Of a stretch of 59,707 bases of DNA, positions 19,256 to 26,937 are shown piece after piece; position 1 is the first letter of the stretch, and each line of letters opens with the position of its first letter. Both the position numbers and the translations under genes were made by a program. The stretch lies in the IMG/VR virus record IMGVR_UViG_3300025381_000002; one strand, written 5' to 3'. Below the pieces are notes generated by a model. That model did no database searches. It was not told the origin of the DNA and worked only from the letters and a program-made list of their open reading frames with translations. The stretch is from a virus.

Positions 19256-22207
19256 TCAATGATGTAGATAATCGGTAGTCAGTTTAGACGAGTCTAACCA
19301 AAGTACAGGAACTGGAACCCCAGCAGCTTCCGTATTCTCAGCTAACCGCTTGCGCGTTTTAATACTTATCACAACACCCTTACTTTCTATATCAGAATAA
19401 AAGCTACGCACTGGTATTCTACGTTCTGCACACCATCGCTCTAAGGCGCTCTTTGCTATGAACATGTGGTTATTGTCAGGTTCAACACGCACAACTAATG
19501 CCCCCATAGCTTCTTTAGTGGGCCTTTCATTTAAAATAAGATCGTTAATAGTTACACTGCCCCCATTAACAACGATAATGTTTCTATTATGCTCATTTAA
19601 AAACCGCCCTAACACCGCCATAGAATCTTCCGAGCTGCACTCTTTTACTGTGTCTTGAATATTGCCTAATGTGCGTACCCCCCACTGCATTATAGACTCG
19701 ATGTCTATATCATGAAGACCCAACTTTTTAGATATTTCGGCTCCAGTAAAAGCCGCTGCACAACACGCTGAGTAAAACCTAGCTTTACTTTTAAACCCTG
19801 CGCGTTTATCAAACTCTTTTTGTATCTCATTCATGCGGGCAATTACCGCAGGTAAATTTTCCACTACATACTCCATATATACTTCCCCTGCTACGCCATA
19901 GTTTTCAGGCAACATACGCTCGTACCATACGTCGGACTCCTCCTTAGTCATGCTATCGTCCCCTTCTATAGCTATCTCCATAATACGGTAAAGCTCCCCC
20001 TCTACAGAAGTTTTGTGACTTTTAAGTGTGTCGTACAGGCTGTTGTTGCCTGATGTTATAGCAATGGTGTCCCAAGAAGTTTTATTTTTACGCAGGGTAT
20101 TAGTATGTGATGACATACGTTCTTTGCCTTTATTCTGAGATATATCAAACACGAAGTCACTTAACTTGTCAGGATCCATATTAGTTATCTCGTCTATGAG
20201 TAAAGGCAAATGGCGCAGTACACCGAACCTGTGGAACTTAGCGTTAATAGTATCTTTGTTAAGCATAAGGGTGTCTTCTGGATGTCCCCAAATACTACCT
20301 ACCATTTTCTGTGTAGTCGTTTTACCCACGCCAGAAGCGGAGTTAGTGAGATGCACCGTCATACTACCTAAGTTTAAAAAGTTATATATTGGCGCACCGA
20401 AGCCAATAAACAAAACAAACGCTCTGGCCTCATTACCTTTTTTGGCATATAGGTTGGCTATGCTTTTCCATATCTCCAGTGTCCCCATGCGCTGATACAA
20501 AGGGGTTATCTCATCTGCAACAGCAGAAGTAGGGCTAAATAGTATGCCTTTACCTTGAGCTATTTCACGGTTGCCCATAACAAAGCTAGTATTATCATCA
20601 TGCCACCCAAATTGCGCCCTTGCTTGCTCTGGCTTACCCGCCTTTTTCTCCAGCATCTCAATCCAATCCATGAAGTATTGCTGAAGCAAACCTAAGCTTC
20701 TAGGGGATATAGCCTTATAAACACCATGAAAAGATAATATCTCTTGGCATCTATCTCTCTTACCTATATCAGTTAAGGGCATGATAAACTCTATGACCTT
20801 TTTAGGCTCGTTAAGTCCTTGAGAAGCAATATGCACTATCTGCACGGATGACCCACTGCAATGTGGGTCGTCTAAACGCTTTTTAACCCAAAGATCATTT
20901 TCATAAATAACATCTTCCGCTTGCTCATTAGAGGCATCCTCTTCATCTTGATTCTCTATTGATAGCTTAACGACACCTCCTGTCGCGCGTCTAGCCCACC
21001 CATAAGGATAGGTGTGGGGGGCTTCCATAGTCACGTTCTGCTTTAACCCTTCATGCACTACATCTTCTAGTACATTGTCCGTAGGAGTAGCGAGTTCTGT
21101 ATATTTCCCTAATTGAATAGGGCTTGTAATTTTTCCTTTGTGGATACACCCTTTGCACCCATCTGGCTCTAACTGCTGGAATTGTAAGCAAGTGCGTGGC
21201 CCTTTAAAACGATCTGCTTTAGCTTCGGTTAATCCTTCGTCATACCCAGGATGTCCTTTAGACATTATGTGTATATATTCAACACTGTCTGTACATGCTT
21301 TAGCAATAGAAAGCACCGCCCACCACATAGGCTCGCCTAAAGTAGCTCTATTTGTATAAGCATCTAGTATCTGGGGGCATCCCGCGCAGCGTTCAAATAT
21401 TTTATTTTTAAAACTGACTTCTTCATTACCCTCTTTATCAGTGATAATGGTTTTTACTTTTTCTTGATTAGTTACATACTTATGGCTTTTACGTAAGATT
21501 ATTTCAAACTTACTAGGCGATTGCTCGCCATTGCTCATTAAGCTTTTAGTTAATTCGTCAGTAGATGTTAAGTTATTATGCGATATAGCGGGCGGTATCC
21601 TCGCTGAAAAGTCTGCAAAAGATATAGGCTCTGAAGCATTTCTAACTACTACAGGTTTCTTTTTAAGTGGGTCTTTAGTGTTGAAAGTATCAGGCACCCG
21701 TAGAATACGCGCCCCATCCCCAGTAACACTATTATCCGCATGAAAGCCCAGCTCTTGTGCTTTTTCTTTTAGACCAATGCCCACAGGTTTCCATAAGTCA
21801 TAAGGCACATCTTCTGTTAAAAACCAATACGCATGGATACCATTACCTGAATCTACTAATGTTGGTATAGGTAGTTCTACGTGCGTACAAAACTCATACA
21901 GGGCTTTAACTCCTTCGTTTTTAGTTTTGTATATCTTAGTTGCACCACAATCTATATCGACAAAAAACGATCGGTGGTAAGCGATATTAGATACACTCGC
22001 TTGTTTAGTATTATCTACAAAGGCTGGAGTGCCAAAATACACCTCGCGCCCTTGCTCTAGCAACTCTCCTATAAAAGCATCGGCTTGATCTAAGGAGCTA
22101 AAAAATTTGGATATGGGCAATCCACGAGTCTGATCGTAATACAGACCTCTTATATTGATGTAGCCCGTTGGGCCAAACATCTTATTAAAAAACTCTCTCC
22201 GTGTCAT
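19256..22207 (-). CDS. Primase-polymerase (AEP) fused to an SF3/D5-like helicase
   Basis: N-terminal FFVDIDCG and SGNGIHAYW are AEP motifs. The C-terminal half has Walker A SASGVGKTT. The protein is 983 aa. Confidence 0.8.
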   Translation of the reverse strand: MTRREFFNKMFGPTGYINIRGLYYDQTRGLPISKFFSSLDQADAFIGELLEQGREVYFGTPAFVDNTKQASVSNIAYHRSFFVDIDCGATKIYKTKNEGVKALYEFCTHVELPIPTLVDSGNGIHAYWFLTEDVPYDLWKPVGIGLKEKAQELGFHADNSVTGDGARILRVPDTFNTKDPLKKKPVVVRNASEPISFADFSARIPPAISHNNLTSTDELTKSLMSNGEQSPSKFEIILRKSHKYVTNQEKVKTIITDKEGNEEVSFKNKIFERCAGCPQILDAYTNRATLGEPMWWAVLSIAKACTDSVEYIHIMSKGHPGYDEGLTEAKADRFKGPRTCLQFQQLEPDGCKGCIHKGKITSPIQLGKYTELATPTDNVLEDVVHEGLKQNVTMEAPHTYPYGWARRATGGVVKLSIENQDEEDASNEQAEDVIYENDLWVKKRLDDPHCSGSSVQIVHIASQGLNEPKKVIEFIMPLTDIGKRDRCQEILSFHGVYKAISPRSLGLLQQYFMDWIEMLEKKAGKPEQARAQFGWHDDNTSFVMGNREIAQGKGILFSPTSAVADEITPLYQRMGTLEIWKSIANLYAKKGNEARAFVLFIGFGAPIYNFLNLGSMTVHLTNSASGVGKTTTQKMVGSIWGHPEDTLMLNKDTINAKFHRFGVLRHLPLLIDEITNMDPDKLSDFVFDISQNKGKERMSSHTNTLRKNKTSWDTIAITSGNNSLYDTLKSHKTSVEGELYRIMEIAIEGDDSMTKEESDVWYERMLPENYGVAGEVYMEYVVENLPAVIARMNEIQKEFDKRAGFKSKARFYSACCAAAFTGAEISKKLGLHDIDIESIMQWGVRTLGNIQDTVKECSSEDSMAVLGRFLNEHNRNIIVVNGGSVTINDLILNERPTKEAMGALVVRVEPDNNHMFIAKSALERWCAERRIPVRSFYSDIESKGVVISIKTRKRLAENTEAAGVPVPVLWLDSSKLTTDYLHH

Positions 22208-22233
22208 AACCTTGCCTGTTTAAATTAGAGGGT

Positions 22234-22255
22234 AAAAAGGGGGCGCGTAGCCCCC
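22234..22255 (-). terminator. Hairpin terminator/attenuator between the SSB-like and primase genes
   Basis: Stem gggggc (22239-22244), loop gcgta, stem gccccc (22250-22255). On the minus strand it is followed by a U-run (complement of aaaaa at 22234-22238). Confidence 0.5.
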
Positions 22256-22274
22256 TTACACTAGACTAAAGTTT

Positions 22275-23174
22275 TTAGTCTTCGTCATCACCCCATTGAT
22301 TTAACACGTCCGCTAAGTCTTTAACCACAGGTGCTGATTTCTTTTCTCTAACGGTAGGTGCTTTTTCTTCTTCAGGTTGTGGCTCACGGAATAAAGGAGC
22401 AGCAGGCTTTTCAAAAGGCAGTTCTTTCTCTTTTTTACCTTGACCATCTATCGCGCCAGGATTATTAGACACTGCTTGAACCGCTGCGGGGCTTTGCCCC
22501 TTTTCTACAGCAATAGACATTTCTTCTAAGCTTAAGGGTTTAACCGCACGGAATGTCAACTTTGGAGTAGCCGAGCTAGTATCAAAACGGATTTCAGTTA
22601 CCACGCTTGAAATACTTAACCCGTTACCACCTAAAAATTTAGCGTAGGCTTCTAAAGGCATTTTGCCATTATCCGCTTTGCCAAAGATAGACTGCGCTGG
22701 CAGTATCAATTGGTAAATATCGCTATCTTCTGTTGGCTGCCCTAGCACTACAGCTAGTCTGCGACTAAAACGACACGCTCTTGATGTACCTTGACCAGAA
22801 CCTGCTATATTTTGCGGACACACTGCGCAGGCGCTTGCTTGTGCTTTCTCAGAAGAAGCATCAGGTTTAACACCATCATTAGACCAGCAAGATGGTAGCA
22901 CCACTTCACCTTCTTTAAAAGTATCAGCATAATACGTCCTGCTAGTTTTAGGCGCTGCGTTAATAATAACTAAGTCCATAGAGCGATCTTCATTTTTCAT
23001 GACTTCTTGACCATCTACGATCATTCTGAAGATGCCGCCCTTAATAGAAATACGCTTGTTGTTTACGCCACTTCCACCCATAAGACTTTTAGTTAATTCA
23101 TCTAAAGCACCTGTACGTAGATGTGCAGGGATTACCGCTGATGACTCACGGAATAAAGACATTTCATTTGACAT
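22275..23174 (-). CDS. Putative ssDNA-binding protein (Cys-cluster, acidic C-terminal tail)
   Basis: 299 aa with four spaced Cys (CWSNDG...CAVC...RACR) and an acidic end, NQWGDDED. It sits within the replication module. The function is inferred. Confidence 0.45.
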   Translation of the reverse strand: MSNEMSLFRESSAVIPAHLRTGALDELTKSLMGGSGVNNKRISIKGGIFRMIVDGQEVMKNEDRSMDLVIINAAPKTSRTYYADTFKEGEVVLPSCWSNDGVKPDASSEKAQASACAVCPQNIAGSGQGTSRACRFSRRLAVVLGQPTEDSDIYQLILPAQSIFGKADNGKMPLEAYAKFLGGNGLSISSVVTEIRFDTSSATPKLTFRAVKPLSLEEMSIAVEKGQSPAAVQAVSNNPGAIDGQGKKEKELPFEKPAAPLFREPQPEEEKAPTVREKKSAPVVKDLADVLNQWGDDED

Positions 23175-23175
23175 T

Positions 23176-23409
23176 TTATATGCTCCTAATTGTATTTTGT
23201 TGGATTATTAAATCAGCTAACTCTGCTTTGTTGTATAAGTTTTTTCCACTTAGCCCTCTGCGATAAACCTTTATTAGCCCTTTATTTTTGAGAGTAGCTA
23301 GTTTTTGTCTACTTACCTTAAGTAAGTAGACTACTTCCACAGTGGTTAGCCACTGGTCATCAGTGAGGGGGTTATCATAGCCCTCGTTTACTACATCGTC
23401 AATTATCAC
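23176..23409 (-). CDS. Small helix-turn-helix DNA-binding protein (excisionase/MerR-like HTH)
   Basis: WLTTVEVVYLLKVSRQKLATLKNKGLIKVYR resembles the HTH_17 pattern. Confidence 0.5.
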   Translation of the reverse strand: MIIDDVVNEGYDNPLTDDQWLTTVEVVYLLKVSRQKLATLKNKGLIKVYRRGLSGKNLYNKAELADLIIQQNTIRSI

Positions 23410-23420
23410 TTTGCTACCTC

Positions 23421-23816
23421 CTATTTGGATTTACGGACTGACACGGTATACCTGCTGTCACTGTTGAGCCCTATGGGCAATTGGTCTGGGTTTTCTCCTA
23501 AAAATTTTTTAATATTTGTCTGGTGAATACGCTGCTCCATCAAGTACATAGCGTCGTTATCTTTTATGAACTGGAACATGCTTGCCCAGTCGCTAGTCCA
23601 ATAACGAGTCTTTATAGTACGGGTCACCGTACCGTGCTTTGTTTTGATGTTGTCCGCGCCTATTTCTTTAAGCATTTCCTGCAGTTTGTCAGACACCATG
23701 TCTTGCTGGGTCTTTAATTCCGCATCTAACTCTTCAGATTCTTTAAGTGCTTGCGCACGCTTGTCTCTAAGCTTTATGTATATGGATACTAGCTTGTCTG
23801 CGGTTACTTCTGTCAT
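23421..23816 (-). CDS. Hypothetical protein with N-terminal coiled coil
   Basis: A 131-aa ORF in the replication module. Confidence 0.5.
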   Translation of the reverse strand: MTEVTADKLVSIYIKLRDKRAQALKESEELDAELKTQQDMVSDKLQEMLKEIGADNIKTKHGTVTRTIKTRYWTSDWASMFQFIKDNDAMYLMEQRIHQTNIKKFLGENPDQLPIGLNSDSRYTVSVRKSK

Positions 23817-23875
23817 AGTGGTCTCCTATTGTCTCTTACGAATATCGTAAGGTGGTGTAAATATAGCAAAGTTTT

Positions 23876-25453
23876 TCAGGCTTGTCCAATTATATTTTTA
23901 TACATATCAAGTAACGTAGTTTGCGCTGCTGTTTTACTAGTAAGATTTGTATAAAGTGCCCGTTCTACTTGGCTGCCTACTAAATGCACTACCGTACAAG
24001 GGTTCTTTTGCCCTGCTCTATGTACTCTAGCATTGGCTTGTAGATAAGTTTCAGTGCTTGTTATGGGCCCCCACCATATTATTGTGTTAGCTGCATGTAA
24101 AGTTATGCCATGAGCTGCGGCTTTGGGTTGAATAATCAGTACCTGTATATTGTTTGTTGTTTGAAAGTCTGTAATTATTTTAGCTCTGTTGGTGGCTGAT
24201 ATGCCCCCATGAATAATATCTGACGTTATTCCCAGTGAATCTAAATGGGTTTTTATAGTAATGATCCCATGCTTAAAGTTAGCAAATATTAATATCTTAT
24301 GGCTACTCTGCTCTATTACGCTTGTCATTTCTTTAAGCTTTGCTGAGCAATCAAACTCTACTACTTCTCCAGTATCGCTATAGACCGCCCCTGAACTAAT
24401 CTGCAATAGCTTATTCATTTTTACCGCAGCATTGACCGCGCTAACTTCTTCTCCAGCCGCTTCAAATAACATTTCTTTTTTTAGAATGTCGTAATATTTC
24501 TTTTGTTGTGAGGTCATAGGAGTATCCCGCTCCACATAGGTTAACTCTGGTAAGTCTAAACATTCTTCTTTGGTGTATCGTATAGCGGGCTGTAAAACTT
24601 TGTACACGGTAGCTTGTGCATCGGTACGGGGAATGTATTTAAACTGAGTTAGCCGCAACATAACCTGATCTTTAAACGCTCCTATATATTTAGGTACGGA
24701 ATTAGGATTGAGCATTTTGGCTAGCCCGTAAGCATCCATTGGTGACTGCGCAGCAGGTGTACCTGTTAATAGCCACATCCAAGTATTAGGTGTGATAAGC
24801 GAGTTTAAAGTTTTCCATCGTCTGGTAGTGGGTATTTTTAACGCTGAGGCTTCATCGCATACAATTAAATCAAACTTACCTTTAACTATATCGTTGACTA
24901 CTATCTCTATGCCATCATAATTTATGATGACAAATTCGGCATCGGACTTTAGCACTTTAATCCTTTTGTCTTTTGAACCATGAGCTATATCTACTTTTCT
25001 GTGCATAGCTGTTTTAAATAGATCAGCTCTCCATGCAGTGTCCATAATAGATAAGGGGCAAACAATCAAAACGCGATTAATAATTTTTTTTGATAACAGA
25101 TAGTCTGCTGCCCAAACTACGCTCATAGTTTTCCCTACGCCCATATCATTCAGGCAAAACGCTCGTTTGTTTAAAGTTAAAAAAGAGGCTGTCGTTCTTT
25201 GATGGTCAAAGGGTTTATACATACCTGGCCATTCGTATTGCCCCTCTATAGGGGAGGGCGCTTTTTTAAACCCTAATTTATGTAAGATAAAGGTGTTAGT
25301 TAATGTCCATTTAACAAGGACTTCGTGCCCTACATTTGGCACTTCCCGTATTACTTTAGACTGCTCTATAACGTCAGTTATTTTATCTGGGTTACGGGTA
25401 CGGATAAGCAGTGCTTTATTGTCTATAATTTCCATGATGATCCTATGCGCCAA
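23876..25453 (-). CDS. SNF2-family helicase/ATPase
   Basis: Motifs LNDMGVGKT (I), VCDEASALK (II), LLTGTPAAQSPMDAY (III) and QANARVHRAGQ (VI). Confidence 0.85.
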   Translation of the reverse strand: MAHRIIMEIIDNKALLIRTRNPDKITDVIEQSKVIREVPNVGHEVLVKWTLTNTFILHKLGFKKAPSPIEGQYEWPGMYKPFDHQRTTASFLTLNKRAFCLNDMGVGKTMSVVWAADYLLSKKIINRVLIVCPLSIMDTAWRADLFKTAMHRKVDIAHGSKDKRIKVLKSDAEFVIINYDGIEIVVNDIVKGKFDLIVCDEASALKIPTTRRWKTLNSLITPNTWMWLLTGTPAAQSPMDAYGLAKMLNPNSVPKYIGAFKDQVMLRLTQFKYIPRTDAQATVYKVLQPAIRYTKEECLDLPELTYVERDTPMTSQQKKYYDILKKEMLFEAAGEEVSAVNAAVKMNKLLQISSGAVYSDTGEVVEFDCSAKLKEMTSVIEQSSHKILIFANFKHGIITIKTHLDSLGITSDIIHGGISATNRAKIITDFQTTNNIQVLIIQPKAAAHGITLHAANTIIWWGPITSTETYLQANARVHRAGQKNPCTVVHLVGSQVERALYTNLTSKTAAQTTLLDMYKNIIGQA

Positions 25454-25480
25454 TCACTTACGGTGATGAATCGAGTTTAA

Positions 25481-25714
25481 TTAAAGGTAGTCTTTTTCTT
25501 CTTCGTCCTCTGTTTTTAACAGATCAAGCAAGGGTGGTTTAACTATGTCAGCGCTCATTACCCACCCTCTGACTTTATTATTGCAGTACTTTCTTTCTCT
25601 CTTAGCTATGCGCCAAGTGAACTCACACAGGGCGTCTATATTACGTTCTATCAGTTCTTCGTTTAATCCTGAGTCTTTGGCTAGTTGTTTTACTGATCTA
25701 GTTTTTATTATCAT
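25481..25714 (-). CDS. Hypothetical protein
   Basis: A 77-aa ORF that overlaps the upstream gene. Confidence 0.45.
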   Translation of the reverse strand: MIIKTRSVKQLAKDSGLNEELIERNIDALCEFTWRIAKRERKYCNNKVRGWVMSADIVKPPLLDLLKTEDEEEKDYL

Positions 25715-25980
25715 TTTGGCTTGTCGTATTTATTTTTAGGTTTACCGTCAGCATCCCTGGCAAAAGTTCTATTCTTTTTAGCGGGTGCTAGGAATGTGCC
25801 GTCTTTATTAGAACCGCCTTTGGCTAAAGATTTAACATGGCATACGTCTTTGCCTGTACGATCTACACCTTTTTTATCTAGGGCGCGTCTAGCGCGTTGC
25901 CTCTCCATCCGAGCTTCAAAGGCACCAGGCTTTGCTTTTTCTAATGCGCGTTCATGGGTATAGTCACGTTTTTTAGTCAC
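25711..25980 (-). CDS. Small basic protein with HNH-like remnant pattern
   Basis: GKDVCHVKSLAKGGSNKDGTFLAPAKKNR (H...GG.N...N spacing). It has a GTG start. Confidence 0.4.
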   Translation of the reverse strand: MTKKRDYTHERALEKAKPGAFEARMERQRARRALDKKGVDRTGKDVCHVKSLAKGGSNKDGTFLAPAKKNRTFARDADGKPKNKYDKPK

Positions 25981-26252
25981 TGCTTAGCACCTTTTTGTTT
26001 AACAAGCCCATTACTTTAGCTGCGTAATGTTCTCTATCTTTAGAACTATTCTTGGGGTCATTATATAGAGCTAAAAGCTCTTTTATTTCTTTGCCCATTA
26101 TATACCTCGCTAATTAATATAGGGTAGTACGGCCTGTGATGAGGAAAAAAATGTAAATTATCACACCCGCACTCTCGGGATTTGTAAGGCCAATCACCCG
26201 ATAACCGCCATTTACACCCTTGCCACTGTCTGTATTAACAAGGGTTTGCAAA

Positions 26253-26936
26253 TTACTTATTCTTCCCATTATGGGGGCAGCTTAAAGTGCTACACCACTG
26301 CCTACATAGCCCATTAGGCTTAGGATTGAAAACGCCCGTATTATAGGCTATTTCTCTTTGAGTCAATAGCTCACTGTAAGTATTAAAAATGTCTAGCCCG
26401 TTAGCGGCTGTGAAGTCTTCTTTAATAAACTCTTTAGACACCACAAACAGTAAGGATGTTTTTATCTTTTTAATCTCTGGGTGTTTTAGAAATAGTGCAG
26501 CCGCCATAAGGGCAAGCTGTTTTATATCCGCATACTTAGCACTTTTGCCCGACTTATAATCCACTATCCAAGCCTTATCTCCATCAAGGATAACCAAGTC
26601 TGCCACACCCCTAAACCAAACAGAAGCATCGTCAAAATCACAATACTCCAATCTTCCTGTGCCATTCTTTTTTGTTCCTACTTTTAATTCGCATAGCTTT
26701 TCCCCCGATATTTTATTCAAATTATCTAAGTAAGGTTTAATAAAAGCAAACCTAGCGTCAATCTCTTTGCCGTCCCTTATGTATTCTTCAGCGGCTAAGT
26801 GCAGTTGCGTTCCATACAGGGTGGCTTCGGTCTCTTGATAACCTACTTCCTTAGTAACTCTTTCAGACTCATACTTTTTAGGGCAAGTACTAAATAATTT
26901 TATTGAACTAAACGACCATGCTGGGGGGTTTGCCAT
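26253..26936 (-). CDS. PD-(D/E)XK nuclease, Cas4/RecB-like with Cys cluster
   Basis: VADLVILDGDKAWIVDYKSGK is a D...D/E-x-K motif. There is one N-terminal Cys (STCPKKY) plus a C-terminal CRQWCSTLSC, as in Fe-S Cas4-type nucleases. Confidence 0.75.
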   Translation of the reverse strand: MANPPAWSFSSIKLFSTCPKKYESERVTKEVGYQETEATLYGTQLHLAAEEYIRDGKEIDARFAFIKPYLDNLNKISGEKLCELKVGTKKNGTGRLEYCDFDDASVWFRGVADLVILDGDKAWIVDYKSGKSAKYADIKQLALMAAALFLKHPEIKKIKTSLLFVVSKEFIKEDFTAANGLDIFNTYSELLTQREIAYNTGVFNPKPNGLCRQWCSTLSCPHNGKNK

Positions 26937-26937
26937 A

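Noticed and set aside
23176-23409. Excisionase, implying a temperate lifestyle
   Set aside because: The window has no integrase, repressor or attachment-site candidate. The HTH protein sits inside the replication module, so a generic DNA-binding role is more likely.
26157-26187. Internal minus-strand promoter (TTACAA ... TGTGATAAT) upstream of the small ORF at 26098
   Set aside because: The extended -10 looks good, but the spacer to the -35-like hexamer is 19 nt. The evidence is a single by-eye match, which is too weak to list as a feature.
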